Shown: positions 1 through 15,300 of the stretch, piece after piece
Numbering within the stretch: position 1 is the first letter of the stretch
Layout of the letters: every line of letters starts with the position of its first letter
Source: Cenococcum geophilum
Taxonomy: Eukaryota
Direction: 5' to 3'
Length of the DNA: 64,000 nucleotides
Assembly: GCA_050273025.1 (NCBI GenBank)
Contig: CP158635.1
Location: 10,044,001 to 10,108,000 of the forward strand
The notes under the pieces: model-generated
What the model was told of the DNA's origin: nothing
The model's input: the letters and a program-made list of their open reading frames with translations, nothing else
Databases searched by the model: none
Made by a program: the position numbers and the translations under genes

Positions 1-488
1 TAAGTAAGAATTCCGGTAAGCTTCCTATAAATATTAAAGACGTTCTATAGATTTCTTTAAGGGAAATATAATAAATATACAAAGTTTAGTAAAAGGGGCT
101 TTAATAAAAAGGTAATAAGGCGACGATATTGTTGTTAAGAGTAACCGCATTAGCTAAAACATTTTTAGGTAATAGGCGTTTAACGCCTAACCGAAAAACT
201 ACGCTACCCTAAGTGGTTAGAGGGGCAAGAGCGATATATAACCCCGCCTAAGCCTATTCATTACTATAAACTAACGTCTAGATATCTGTACTGCGCTCTA
301 CTTAACGTATATAATAGAGAGGGAAGTAAAGCGGAAAGTATTTACGTGGATTTTGTTATAAGATTATCTACTTAAATCTATAAGCTAGGGAAACGCCTAA
401 TACTAAGCATATTGCTAGCTAGGAGCGGCTTTATTAAGGATTATACTTCTATTTACTCTCTTATATACCTCCTATAGGTGTAAAAAGC

Positions 489-567
489 TAGAGTTTAGTT
501 AGAGTTTGGTTAAAGTCTAATTAGAATCTGGTTAGAACCCAGTTAAAACCTAGTTAGAGTCCTATTA
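489..567. repeat. Degenerate 11-bp minisatellite (AGAGTYTRGTT-like, about 7 copies)
   Basis: agagtttagtt agagtttggtt aaagtctaatt agaatctggtt agaacccagtt aaaacctagtt agagtcctatt. Confidence 0.75.
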
Positions 568-1096
568 GAAAATAGCCGCGAATTAGTAAATAACTAAAGT
601 CTAAACCTTATTCTGCACTTCCTTTAAAGCGTCTCTATTTCGCCATAATATATTATAATATACTAGGCGTATAGAGGCCGAGCTAGATAAAAGAAATACT
701 TTAATCTTATTTGTTAAAACGCCTAAACTAGCTCCCTAGCTTCCGTTATCGATTTAAATAGTAACCTACCCCTTTAGGATCAGAGCCGCGGTCCCTAGTG
801 CGTAGCGATCTCTTTATATATATAGTAGTAATATGCCTATATATATGCTCTAGCGTCTCCTAAGGGGGCACTAATGAAAAACGATACTATTAGCTTCCTC
901 CGTATACTTAGCTTATTACTAGTTTTATATATATAAGTAACCTCCTATACCAAATATAAGGTTCCTATAATCTACCACGATTTTATTAATTAAAGTAGTA
1001 TATATATACTATGGATTCCGGAATAGCTCTAATATTAAAATCCATATATTACCCATACTTTACCTAGACGGAAAATTATTGTCATTACCTTATAAA

Positions 1097-1295
1097 ATGT
1101 GCGACTATATTTAAATAAAGCTTAAATGCGGCCATTTTATTAATAGAGTAAAAACGTAGTGCCTAAAATACTATAAGACCTATAAACTATGTCCTTCTAA
1201 TGTTATAGAAATGTAAATATAGAGACCTTCTAATCCACTCTAAGGTTATTGCTTACGGCGTGATTTAGAAAGGGCTACCCGGATAAAAACTGCGG
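1097..1295 (+). pseudogene. RIP-degraded small Cys/His-rich fungal protein gene (MCDY..CGH..C..Y..T.K.CP type)
   Basis: Translates MCDYI*IKLKCGHFINRVKT*CLKYYKTYKLCPSNVIE, then a GTAAAT..TAG intron, a short exon (KGYPDKNC) and a GTAAGC donor. Confidence 0.55.
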
Positions 1296-1499
1296 TAAGC
1301 TTCGAAGCAGCTAAAAAGATTGGGTGGTTAGCTTATTAAAACGTATAGCGGACTGTTAATTAAAATTATAGATAAAGTAGAGGATATAATTTGCCTTTAA
1401 AACGAGGTTATTAAAGCTCTAAATAACGCGAATTCTTAACGCTTTATTGAACTCCCCTATAGGAACCAATGTTCTATAGCTTCCGTTCTCCTATTCCTA

Positions 1500-4400
1500 G
1501 CTAAGTAAAACTTAAAGATAATATCTACCTGGCTAAGTCTTCGTCCTTATAACGCTATAGCTTACGCTTTACCTATTTTATGGCTTCCTCTCCGTTTTCT
1601 ATCTTTTTAACTATATCTAATAGCACTTTGCCTAGCTTCTGCGACCTATTTAAAAGAAAAATCCTAAGTAGGGTAAACCGTCTCCTATATAGGGGGGAAG
1701 CGCTTAAAGTAGGACGGAAACCAAATATGTCTAAGACCTATAAAACTGTTAACATATAAAAAGCCATATTATTTATAATATTTACCTTAACCTGCTTAAG
1801 TTGGTCATTAAAGGAGATCTATTTAAAGAATTTTTAAGAAGATAGAGCATTTTTTATCTAAAGCCAATTATTCCTATCCTCTACCTTATATTCTACCTGT
1901 TTAATTATTTCTAGCCCGCCTTTTATAAGTATAAGATCACCTAAGAATACCGTACGTTTAACTACTAAACTATTAGAATTAAATATCCCTAAAAAGATAT
2001 ATTCGCTATAATATAGGTGCGGGCCTTATTGTTAACACTACCGTATATAGCAGAGGGCAAAAATATCTATAACCTATAGAACTATTAGACTAATATAACT
2101 AAAGGGTATATAGTATCTTTTACCTTAATACTATTATAATCTATACTAGGTTTATTAAAGCCCTATAGGAAATCCTAAGGAGAAACTAGAAGATAATCTA
2201 GTCTAATAATTAAATTGTCCTTTATAATTTCCGGCAGCTTTATTATAATGTTATTCTTAAGGTAAAAGTGCTAGGTGAGAATAATAACAAGAGTAGAGGT
2301 CTAGTGGCCTCTTTATATAGGACTAGAGGATATATATTTATATACGCTCTAGGGCATATTCTCTTTACCTATAAATATTAAGACAATTTCTATAAGTCGC
2401 CCGCACCTCTTCTATAAGGCGCGTTAGTATAATAACGGTTTTTAGGAACAGGCGGTATTATATAGGCCCTACCCTACTAAAAATCAGCCCCGCTAAAGAA
2501 AAATCAGCCCCTTTAAAGGGTCTTAATATCTATTCACTAATGCATCCATTACTTATATCTTTCTTAGACTTATTATATCCGCACTATAGATAGCTTCTAG
2601 CATGGATAGCAGATATTTAAATTACTTACGCGTCTTTCTATTAGCACGGAGCCAATCCTTATCCTCCTAAAAGAAGGACATTCCCTTTTATAAAATACCT
2701 AATAGTAAAGCAACGTTACCTTATATTTCACTATATATTAAGGTATTACCAACGCTAGGTAGATTAGCAGTATGCTAATAAAAAATATTTAGAAAATCGC
2801 TAGGTAGCACGCTGCTAAAATCCTCCGCACTACTAAAGACGCGGTCTCCGTCAAAAACCAATATCTAGTATATTACAATAATATAAATAAGGAAATTTAG
2901 GCGAACCCCGGGGATAGCGCGGTAAAGGCTATAGTAATATTAGCACTTAGCTAGCTAAGTTCGGATAACGGTTTACTAGGGTTTAAGATTTCTACAAAAT
3001 ATAAATACCTTAAACTTCAGAGCGGCAATATAATAGGCGCACTTAATAATACGCCTTAACACTTTATAGGGAAGGGGGGTGGATATACTTATATATCTAT
3101 ATAGGTCTATACGGCCACAGCCTTATAGGAGCCGTCTAAGGCCGCGGGTTCCTCGGAAGCAGAGTAGGAATGATATTAAAATATATAGGGAGTGCTATAT
3201 TGCGAATTCTAGTTTAGGTTAAGGCTTACTATATATGGAAATATAGGGTACAAATTAAGCTAGTTATTTATCACTGTAGTAACTAGCGGAGTAATTGGCT
3301 GGAGATTAGAATTTAAATCGAGAGGAATTAATAGAGGATCTGAATAGATTTTAGGAATTAAGAGGTTTAAAAGGGAAAGGTACTTTGGAATTTAAGTAAT
3401 AGTCTAGGTGTATATTAGAAGGAATTAACAGTAGATCTAAGTAGATTTAAGGAATTAAAATAGGTTTAAAAGAGAAGGACATCCTAGGGGTTAAGTAATA
3501 GCTTGGGTTAAAAGGGATTTCTAAAGGGTATAAGTAGATCTTAGGGATTAAGGTAGATCCGGAAGGCAATAGTATCTTAAGAGGGTCTAAATAAAGATTG
3601 GCTAGTATAACTATGCTATATTAGTTCCTTAAAGACGTTAGAAATATTTAATTAGAACTTCTATTAGGGACGGCTTGCGAACTACTTATTTTAGATAACT
3701 CACGCCTAGTATATTTGGTATTAGACTACTTAGTAATAATTGATCTTTTTATACCCCTAGGGTTTTAAATAGCGCTGCTAGCTTTAGGCTAACTTATAGA
3801 GTTAGTATTAGCACGATAGAGATATGCATCCTTTAGGTTCCTTGCTAAGGGGGACAATTCCGTCTATTTTTAGCATTGTGGTTATGTTTTTATCCAAGCA
3901 ATCAATATATTAAATTCTTTAAGTGCTATATGCCTTTTAATACTATTATAGGTTAGTCGTTAATTTAATAGAGATAATTAAAAACTAATATTATACTAGA
4001 ATCTAGGTTATAGAGACTAATAAGTACTTTAGGTTTAAGACGACTCCATTTCTAGCTAGCAATATTATTTAGTTTAAGGCGCTCTCCTCCTAATAGATAG
4101 GCTATCTCCTATGCCAAAGCTCTAAATCGTTAGCCCTTTTTAGGCCTATAACCTTCTTTCTTTAATCGCTCTACCTTATTATTTAGCGTCTTAGATAGAA
4201 TAGACTTTATTAACCTATAACTAACTGCATTTTTGCCTGCGTTAAGGATATTAGCTAGGTTACGAATTATTACCTAGTTATTAGCTCTTGCTAGTTTAAT
4301 ATATAGTTCCTAGAGGGCTTTAAGTAATCTACCCTTAGCCAGATTATAAAGCTTAAGGAACTATTCTAATTCGCGATTATTTAGAGACTAAATTTTCGTG

Positions 4401-7400
4401 CAAACTATAACTAGTCGCTCTATAGCTGCCGGCGATAAATTCTAGCGTTTTATAAGCGTGGTTTCTGCTCCCTTAAAGGTAGGGCTTCCTCCGTAAAGTG
4501 GGTCTAGGCTTTTATTAGGAGGTAGGGTTCCTTATCTTTTAAAAATCCGGAATAATAAAATAAATTTAACTATGGCTTTTCTAGTCTCTAGATCTATAGG
4601 GGTTGTTAAGGCCTCTAGGGCTTTTATAGCTTTTAGGGCTTTTATAGCTTTTGGGATTACTAGGGCGTTCTAGGGGCCTAAGACCGTTAGGGTTTTATTT
4701 AAGCTAAGCGCCTCTCTATAGTTAGTGGGTAAGGCCTTTAGAATTTTATCTACTACTCTTTTATAGGCTTTTACTGCTTCGCCTTTATTAGTAGAGCGTA
4801 GGAATTACGTAAAAAGCTTAATCTTATTTAACAATGACTATTATCTATAAGTACCCCTTATAAGAGGAGTAATAGAAGGTAAACCTATGGTATAATAAGG
4901 ACGGACGGTGCGAGCGAGCTATAATAGTGCACTAGGAAGGACTGCTTCTCCGTTCTATAATAAATAATAATTAGCTTTAGAAAGGGAAAGGCCATAGAAT
5001 AGAATTACCGTGGCACTAAAATCTATTTCACTACACTTCTAAAGCAAAGAGGCATTCGTAATCCTATAGGCTGGCTAAACTAAAAAAAGAAGGCAATGGG
5101 GTATAAGAGTAAGGGAAGTAGGAAATGTTGTAGGGGATTATCGTTGCGATCGCAATAATAATATCCCTATAATTTTAACTTAGTATATAAGGGTAAGGGA
5201 AGTAGGAAACGTTATAGGGGATTATCGTTACAATCGCAACGATAATACCCCTATAATTTTAACTTAGTGTGTATTAGCCCCTCGCCTTATTATCCCTAAG
5301 ACGCTATACTTTACTAAACTCTACTACTATAACTTATGCTCCTCTAAAGATCTATAATGGAAAACTAAATAGCTAATTAAAGTAAGGATTTATAGCTATC
5401 TCCTTGGTTAATTAGACGTAGCTTACCTACTGCTATAAAGTCTAGAAGCTCTTATTAATTTCTTTTTAACAATGTAATAATACGTCCTATAAGAATTAAA
5501 AGCTAAAACGCCTTAATAAACCTAAGAATGCTTTAAATCTTAAGGGTATAGAATAGAGATGAGTAATATATAAAGCTAATTTTGCCCCGTTACTAGGGAT
5601 ATATAGTTGCCTTTACTATCCACTTTACTAGTTACCTTATCGCCTTCTTCTACAGCTTTTATTTATCACTTCCTTAACTTTATTATTTTTACCGCTCCTT
5701 TTAAACTATTCCCTAGTCTATCCTATTTCTGCTAGCTATTTACAGCCACTTTATTCTTTAATATAGATGCTACTTCTTTAATAATTAGCTCGCTCTTTTA
5801 AGCCGTAATTTACTAGACCCTACTAGTCTTAAACTAGTATATTTAGCAGCCTCTTATGACCATTACTAGCAGCTAGGATTGAGATTTGGGCTATAGTATA
5901 TTAACTATTAACCTTAGCCTAGGAGTAAGTGCCTTATTATATACTAATATTAATCTAGAGAGGGCGTCTTTAATTATATTAAAAAGCTATCCTAGATTAA
6001 CCACTAAGCTTAAAACTTCTTCGCGTTTTAGCACTTACTAACTTAAGGGTATATAAGGCTAGTAAACGGAATCTTTAAAGTCGTGTCCTAGTACCGGCCT
6101 ATTGGGGCATTAAATTACTATAGGCCTAAAAGATTAATAAACGGTAGGTGTGGGTCTGGGAAATCCCAACCGCCTAAAATATTAATAAGTCGCTTAAACA
6201 CCTGATGATTTAATATTGAGTGAAATTCTCTGTATCTACCTAGATAAGAGGACTATAGATAAACTCTCTTACTTCTTAATTTATTCCTTCTCTAAGTCTT
6301 AATAGGAGTTCCTTGGTGCTCTTTATAGAAAAACTAGAGAGTAATAAGTATGGGATATTATCTATTTACCTACTTTCCTTAAAATAATATATAACTACTT
6401 TAACGTATATACGTTTTAAGTATGTTTAATATCTCTTATATAGTATCTATTCTAATTAAATTATAGACTATAATTTAGGGGAATCTCTAAAGTTTAGAGA
6501 ACTATATTAAAGAAAAAGGTATAGAGAATGTTTTAAAGTGAAGGCTACGTCTATCTATTATAGACCCTTAATAGTAGTCATTTATATCTAGCTTAGGAAA
6601 CTAAATCTTCTACCTTAGTACCTTATCTTTGCATCTAATAGTATTTGGCAGCGTTAGGCTTATATATATACATTCCTAAAGATTAAGTATTAAGTAACAC
6701 TAAGTAAATATAAAATGTATAATAATAAATTAGCATAATGTATATAGCGATAATTCTTAGCTATACCTACTGTACGGAATCCTTTACCAGATTCTATCTA
6801 AAGGAAGGGTAAAATGGTAATACTAAAGAACCTAATTCCGTTAGTTGGAGTAGGGGCTATAGCTATTATATCTATAATGGTCCCAATAGCTCTTATCTAA
6901 TTAATATTATAACTTCTTCGTATATCTTTTAAGGGTGCTCCTCCTTCTGCTACCAATTTTGCTTTCCTTTACTCTCTCCTGCGATGGCTACTTGTTAAAT
7001 TTAACCGCTTACGCATATAGATATATTTTAAGCAACCTATGTTATTATTTTAGCTTTTAAAACCTCCTTATCTTTTAAGATTTAGAGACTATATTTTAAA
7101 GAATTCCCAATAGATATATACGACTTTTACGCAGTTAATTTTATTAATACGCTTCTTAGTTCTACCTTAAGGGTTTATAGTATAGAAAGCCTATATAATA
7201 AAAACAAAGCCAAGGTAGTTAAGTCACTATAGGCTAGGCAAGATTTAACGGTACTAATTAGCGAAACTGTAATTTCTAGCGTCCTTGTTATAAGTGGCCT
7301 AGAACCCTAGCTACTGCCTAAAAAGGGCATTTATACGGTACTACTATTTATTTAGTATAAGTTTGCAAGCTAATAAAACGAAGGTATTTTCAATAGCCTC

Positions 7401-10400
7401 CTAGAGGGTATCGAAAATCTACATTAAGATAAAAACCTAAATAATATTGAGTTTTATAAGGAAAAAACTCAAGCTAAGGGGCATTAGTATAGGTCTTAGG
7501 TTGTAGGCTTAGGGGCGTAGCTAATTTTGCACTAGGTACTCTTAAAATTACTAGATAAAAATCTCTACTCTTACTATATACGGGTCTTATTAGAAGTCTA
7601 GTCTAGGTAGAATACTTATTAAAATGGCAGTAAAAAAGTAGAACGAAGAGGGAAAGAAGATATAGGTGTTAGCTATGCTAGTAAGCCAACTTATTCTAAG
7701 GCACTTTGGGTTTAATATTAAAACTAAGTTAATAAAAGGTCCGGTGGAGTATCTATACGGTTTTAGTACTTATAAACTATAGCGCCATATTATAAGTATA
7801 TAGCTAGGAGACAAAGATTAATGCGGAGCATAATAATGTAGAAAACTTGCAAGTTACTAGCTAAAATAAAAGATTTATACTCTTCTCTTTTTCTATTTAG
7901 TATCACCTAAAATTATAAATGGTATTAAATACTCGATCTAGTAATAGAATGGAGAAGGTAACTGACCCCTATACGCCCTAAGTGCCTTCTTTAGTTATTT
8001 GTCGCCTAAGGTTTAGGTAATAACTTATTAAGAAGCCGCTTGGTTAAGTCATTTAATAGTAATAATATAGCATTTATATAGCCCGCCTTATTTCTTAGGA
8101 ATAATATTGTTATAAGCTAGCCTACTTCTACTTTTATCTTTATTCTTTTCTATTTTCTTAGATATTTAAGATTATGGCTTCCTTTAGTAGATTCACCTAC
8201 CCTACCCTTGCCCTTGTCGCAACTACTTAGTTTTTACGGCATTTAAACCCTTTTATTATTAAAATAGCGTTATATAGTGCCTTTCTCTACTTACTTATTA
8301 TTTTCTTCTGGGTAATATACCTCTTTAAAAAGTTAGCCGAAGATTCCGAGGTCTAGCACGTCTAGCTTTATTGCGTTAGTATCGCTCTTAGTTAGTATTT
8401 ATGATTATAGCTTTAATAGGATTACCCTAAATACGCATTTTCTATTTGGCTATTAGGTTTCTAGTATGTGGGTATAATTGGGATAATAGCGTAAACCATT
8501 AAGACGGAAATTAAGGCTGTAAGGTCAACTTTAACGTACGAAGCCCCCCCCCTGATTTTAGCTATTTTTATAATTATACAACATTAAGAGTTCTATTTTT
8601 GGCATTAGAAAATAGTATAAAGGTGATCTTTTACTTTATAAGAAAATTATTTTTCTGGCTTATATAGAGTGTTAGGGAGGTTTTGCAATCTATGAAATAA
8701 ATTGCCCTTTTAATAACCGGGGAAAATGTAACTGTTATTATTAACTTAGCTATTGTACCTAGGAGCCCCGGCTTCTCTCGCTTTTATAATATAGTAAGTA
8801 ACTTCTGGCGCTTTAACTCCTCGCAGTAACCCTAGGACTATTAGTATAAGAAAGATCTAATGTATTAGCTAGGGGCTGCCTAAATCGTGACCTTATATAG
8901 TTCTTCTGCATATTCCGTGACGTAGTAGAAGTATTAGGTAGGCTGCGTTTAGCGCGGCTGCTAGAACTAGTGGCGTTTAGCTAAATAGTTAGTACGACCC
9001 TAGGGAAGGCGGGAGGACTAGTCTTATAAAACCAAACTAGTAGGGGTAATGCTGGTGGCGTTAGCTAAGACACTTAAATAACTTAAAATTCTCTATTCGC
9101 GAAACCCTGCTTTGCTATAATATATTAGGACCTAGTAATTTCACTAATACCTATTTCTAAACGCCACCACGCATAATAGATATTAGGGCTAATACTACTG
9201 TAAAGTAGGTACGGGATGCAGTTTAGTATAACCTAGAGTAGTGGTAGCGTTTCCTAGTAAGTATATAGGCCTAGGCTAAGGCGCCTTTTTTTAATAAGGA
9301 TTAGCAGAAATTTACGAATAAGGAAGCTAGAAATATTATTATATTACGGCGCGGCTAGAATAATATAAATTTACCTAAAAGGGAAAAAATTCTAGAACGC
9401 GTAAACGAAAAGCTAAGAAATAATAGGTTAAATAAAGTAAACTAGAAGGCTATAAGCTGGCGTATACCGAAAGCTATTAAAAGTGCTACTGGTTAGTTTT
9501 AATGTAAATATTATAACTAGTATGTTTTTACTAAGTTATATTTTAGTTTTAGGGGACAAGAAATCCTAAGGGGAATTAACTAATAAACCTATTTAGAAGC
9601 TTCCGTAGGATCCTATATAAGATAATATATAAAAATAAGTAGCGGGTAGTGCGTGTAGGCGTGTGGCTATACGGATTATTAAAGATAGGCGTTTAAATTA
9701 AAGCCTAATGCAAGCAGTGCCTATCTCGCCTTATAAAATTAGTAGCGTATCGTGCCCTAATTAACGTAGCTATGCCTTATGCAAATTTATGCCGTATAAT
9801 GCTGCTACCTATATAAGTAGTACCTAAAAATATAGAACTTTTACTCTTCTAGTCACTAAGTCTCTACTATAAAATTAAAAATAGAATATCCTATATAGGC
9901 CGGCCGTTTTAGCGCAATCCTTTAAGCTCTAAGAACTATAGGAGTAGGCCTTACTATTTGCTTCTTGTATTTAAACGTTAAGCCGTTCCATTAGGGTATA
10001 ATAAGGTATTTAGGTATAAGTATAACTAATAATAAACCTTATATATAAACTTCTGCAGTATTTCTAAGTTATTACTGTGTTTTAATTTAACTGTAGGCGT
10101 GTACGCTACGCGCTTTAGTTTATAGAGGATTTAAGCAGCCCTATATATAGGAAGCCGCTTAGTGCTAGCAGCTTTGCCGTGCTTCCCTTATATAAATACT
10201 TACTTAGTATACTCCATTTCTATTTTCTATAAATACTTTCCTTTTATAACCGGTAACGAAAATCTATTAATAACTTCCTATAATAACTCTGAACTACTAG
10301 GCTACTAGCTCTATAAGTAACTAAAGGCGAATTATACGCACTAAAGACTTATTATTAGATAAGGCTGGTAAAAGCACTACTAACTTTTACGTTAGCAATA

Positions 10401-13400
10401 TAACGAGCGATATTTAGCTCTATCTTTCTCCTTCCCCTTTAGTGGATATTAACGAGGAACTAATACCTACTAAGCTTAATAGCGTTAGGGAGATAGTAAT
10501 TACTATTAACTCTAGTGTTAACGATATAACGACGAGCATTTAGCCCTATCTTTCTTACCCTCCGGTGGATATTAATAAGAAATTAATACCTCCTAAGCTT
10601 AACTCTCCTAGCGGTGTTAGAGCGACGGTGACTCCTTCTAGTGTTAGCGCGCTAAGCTAACCCTTTCCCTCTTCTGCGAATGCTACTGAGGACCTAACCT
10701 ACCCTAATAATAATAATACCCCCTCTATATACTCTAGAGTGGAGGATAGACTTGCTTAAAACTACTTTAAAGGGAAACTAAGCACATCCTTAACCCCTAT
10801 ATAATCATCGCCAGTAACACTAGTTAGGGGTTATACCCTTTAGCCGACCGTTTTCGGTTTAGCTATAGGAGCAACAGTTGGGGATAATATTATTAAGCAT
10901 TTAAAAGTTTATATAAGTAACTAGTTTATATTCTTATAGAAGAAAACTAACCACTATAAGAAATTTATTACTACGTTTCGTAAAACGGCAAAACTTTATT
11001 TTAATAATTGTTAAACATTTGGGCTTAAAGCGGTATTGGGATATAGACGTCGCGGTATAAAGATTATCTATTAGTTATTAAATGATCCTAAACTCCTAAA
11101 GTATATTAAGATAATCTGTATAACCTATAGCCTTGCTAGCGAGTGGATACTAACGGGAATTTCTAAGGATAAAGATATACCGGTATTTACGCTTAATAAA
11201 GTAGTAGATAGATCTTATAATAATTCTCTAAGGCGCTGGCGTTCTTCTATATATATAGTGCAGACTAAAATAAATAAGGGTAAAGAGGAGATAAGGATAG
11301 TCTAGTATCTATTGCTAGGGGCGGTTATTACGCATGCGTTAAATAAGGCCGAAAGAAATAGGTGGTTATTAAGATGTAGTTTTGCGTTTATTAGTTATAT
11401 AAAGGATAAGCGGTATAAAGAAGTCCTTAAAGCCATTGAGAATTATGTACTAATAGATGGGATATTTATACTAATCTAGCTATATAATATATATTCGTTT
11501 CCCTGTAGTGGACTTTCTTTAATAACTAGGTGCTTAAAAGTTGGAATGGGATAAGTAAAAGGTAGGATGCAAAGCTATCTATATAAGCCGCTATAGGAGA
11601 TAAGCTGAGATACTAAAGTATTCTTAATTAGAGCGGTATTAAGACTTAGTATAATATAACTGGGCTAAGTAAGAATGTGACTTACGCGAGGCGGTAATTA
11701 GAGTTTCACGGCTATATATTATATGGAGTATATAAAGAATTCAAATCTATTAGACTAGTAATTATAAGATATTCCTACTAAATACGCCAAGAATAAGAAT
11801 ACTAAACTAGAAATAGACCTTTAAGCTAAAAAGAGCACCACTATTTAAGAACGAGGATATCCTAAAGCATTACCGCTGTCCCTTGCGCATGGTAGCTCTG
11901 CCCTTTACTTTTATAGAGTGTACCTATAGTGATCTAACCTTAGTATGCCGGACGCGTCTTTAGTAAGACTTAAGGGCATCTTTAGAATTTAAAAGCCCGC
12001 TTTTATAAACCTAGGTAGGCTTTTAAACTACCTTATATTTACGCCTTAACTTAGTTATTTTTTCCCCTAGAATATTATTAATCTTCTATTTATTATCTAA
12101 GTTTATTTTATTAAATTTGTCTTTTTTAGCCTGGGTACGGCGCTTTATAGTAGGCTCTAGGTCTAAAACGTCGCTCTAGTTATTAGCGACGCTATTAGGG
12201 AATTATTAAGGAATAATATCTAGTATATATAACCCGTTTTCCTAGCGCCTAAGAGCTATTTAGATTAACTATTCTTCTAAATTAGTATTTAAGGCGGCTC
12301 TAAGTATCGCTTTACTGTAGTTAGAGTTAGAGGCTAAGTTTAATAGCGGCTTTTAGGTATAAAGGCGATTATATATAGGGGATCTAGCCTAATTATAATA
12401 ATCGCTGTTAAGCGTAGTGCTCCGGTTGGACGTGTACATAGATGGAATTAAAGGGGAAAGGTAAGACCGCTAAAGATAATGCTTTACAGCATGCTTTGGT
12501 TTTAATCTACTACTAATAGGCGCTAGTAATCCTTGTCGCCCTACACACCCGTGGGCCTTATTACTCTTGTTGCTATCGCTATCGCTACTATCGCCGTCCC
12601 TAGCGTCGTTATTATCTGTATTGCCGCTGTCGCCGCTTCTATTATTGCAGTTCTCGGCCTTACCTTTATCTACAACATTCTTACCGCCCTTATTATTATT
12701 ATTATTATAATTATATTCTTTAGCTAAGCCGTTAATAAGATTATTAAGATTATCTTATAGTGGTCTAATATTACGGGAAGATAAAGATTGCTAAAGTAAA
12801 GGGCTAGTAGGCCACGTAGCAGAGGCCGCTCGCTCCTTAATATGGTTATTGCTACCGCTAAGGTTAGGGGTGGGAGGGCTAGGAGGCAAGGTTCTCTAAA
12901 AAGCTAGTAATCTTTATTGCTTTCTAGGCCGTAGGCTTTTGCTACTCTTGCTAACGGAAGTATTAGAGATATAATTAATATTGTCTAGTTGCTTAAGTTA
13001 ATTAAACCTCCGCTTTTTTAACTTCTTAGCTTCTAAAGACTCTTAACTGGCACTTATTAATGTTTTAAGCTTCTACCTAAACCGTAGAGCGGTTCTGATA
13101 TAATGCCCCTTAACTAAATTATCTATTTAACTGCTATCTAGCGTTAAAGGTGTGGTATAATTATGCGTAGGTACGTATACCTCCTCTTATAGTACTTCTA
13201 ATAAAGGCAGCTCTTTATCTTCTTTATTATCCTTATTACTGCTGTTATTCCTATTATCTACTAATTATTAGACAAGGCTATTGTAAATTAAAGGAGATGC
13301 ACGTACTAAATTCATAGGGTATTAGTTGGTTATCGGCTTTACTAGCCTTATTAACTTCGTTAGCTTTATTATTAGCGTTACTAAATTTATCGCCCTTGGT

Positions 13401-15300
13401 TTCCGGGTCCAGATCGGCTGTATTATCTTTAATAACTATTAGATTTGCTGCTAGTTATTAAAACTATATATTTAAAACTACTAGGGAAAGAGGGAGAGTA
13501 GTGGGGTAATTATTAGGATAATTACCTTAACTACTTCCCCTAGAGACTTGACTGTTATTTCCATCCCCATCTTCCTTATTGTCCTTATTATCTTTATAAT
13601 ACTTATTATAAGCTTTCTTGTAATTATATATATAGTCTATAGGCACTTTATTAGACGGAATCTCTAAATTAAGGCCCTAGGTAGAATAATATGCTATTAA
13701 GTGCCTAAGCTTTTAATGCTTCTTAACTTTTTAGGGGGAAAAGTGGTATTTTATACTTTATCTAAGGTATACTGCTTACGCCTTTTTTAAAAGCTGTAGT
13801 TATATAATACTAAGACGAAGCTATTAATTTTCTAGGGGGACTAGTGTAGAAATTGTTATTATTAAGCGAAATTTTAGGAGGGATGCGAAATAAAGATTAA
13901 GGTGGTGCTAGTATTGTTGCCGTTAGAGTTATTATTACTTTGTAGCTTTTAAAAGCCTTAAGGGGGGAATTATAGGTCTTTTTAAGTATACGCTAGTTCT
14001 CTATTTACCGCTAGCTCTTATTTATTACCCCTTACCCCTTACCCCCCGCTTAGGCTTCTTACCGAATTAAAGTACTTAATGTGTGCGCCTTTAGTATAAG
14101 CTGGAGTAGATTGCCGTTTATAGGGTATAAAGGTTTGTAAGGGCTTAAATATCTAGCGCCTAATTAACACCCTTAGTAAATTGCGATTAAACTATATCCG
14201 CCCGTCTAAGCTGGCATGTTTAGCTTTAATACAGCTATTATATCTAGCCCCTTATTAGGAGGCTGGTGGCGTAAATTCCCCACCTTTATCCCTTAGTAAA
14301 GGGTAGCGCTAATATGTCTATTTACTTTTTGGCAATACTAGTCTAGCTAATCCTCTATACCGCTTATATTGGTAGGAGGTAAAGCCCTATTTATGCGTCT
14401 GCGTTATAAGCTATCTATAATGGAAGGAGGTAGTGTCCTTATTAGTGGTGGGCGGGGCTCTTTAATACTAACCGCCTAGTAATAAATATGCCTGCCGTTT
14501 GTACGGTAATTGTATATATATCTATAAATGTACTAGGTAAAAGACTGTATAGAGATACTTACCCTCCTAATATAGCTGGCTGGTATTGGAGATTCCTATA
14601 TAGTTATGCCACTATACCATTAATCTATTATGCGCTTAAAAGCTATAACCTTTTAATTTTAATCTAAGTGGTTTCTACTATAGCCCCATAGCTTAGAAGG
14701 CTAGATTGTTGATCCTCTGCTTTACTACTAAGTGAGGTAGCTAAAGCTAATAGCCCCTTAGCCCTAAACTAGTAGATTAAACGACGTTACTAAAACATCT
14801 ATAGTAATATAACTATATTACTAGGAAGGTATGCATAGCAACCTAAGCGATACTCTATACAATATTTGTTTAAATGATGCCTAATATAGCCCTATATAGC
14901 ATAGTCGCTTAAATTAGTAATCCCTAGCTGCTTTTCTGCTAAGTAGCCTAGTAGGTATATAAGTTATAATATAGGTAGCTTTAGCTATTGGTAAACGCTA
15001 AAGCGGGCCATCTAATTAATAGCGTATCCTAGGAGAGAAACGTAGGTTACTAAAATAAGTGCGATATAAGCTCTCTTAAGCCCTTTAGGGGGCGATGTGT
15101 ATCCCTGTCCCTTCTAGCTTGGAAGGAGATATAGGGCTAAGTTAAATAAGACGATGGTGCTGACGCGGCTAGTAACTACGGAATTCCCTTAACCCCCTTC
15201 CTATGAGACGGTTGCGGGCCAGCGTTATTTAGGAGGCTAAAGAAGAAAGAGTAAGAGAGAAGAGGATTATAAAGGTATATACGCGCTCGCTAGATAAGGC
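1500..15300. pseudogene. Block of several RIP-degraded, unidentified protein-coding genes on both strands
   Basis: Long frames broken mainly by TAA/TAG stops, with protein-like composition (e.g. minus ~2650-3090, ~3800-4800, ~7000-8500, ~11900-15150; plus ~9200-9500, ~10300-11550). Relic splice signals present. No RT, DDE or helicase motif recognised. Confidence 0.5.
5102..5269. repeat. 84-bp tandem duplication, each unit with a ~45-bp palindrome
   Basis: aagggaagtagg at 5111 and 5195. Each unit contains TATAGGGGATTATCGTTGCGATCGCAACGATAATACCCCTATA (consensus of the two copies). Confidence 0.9.

Noticed and set aside
12533..12727. Hydrophobic 64-aa ORF with poly-Ile
   Set aside because: RIP artefact; antisense of a decayed acidic (Asp-rich) tract.
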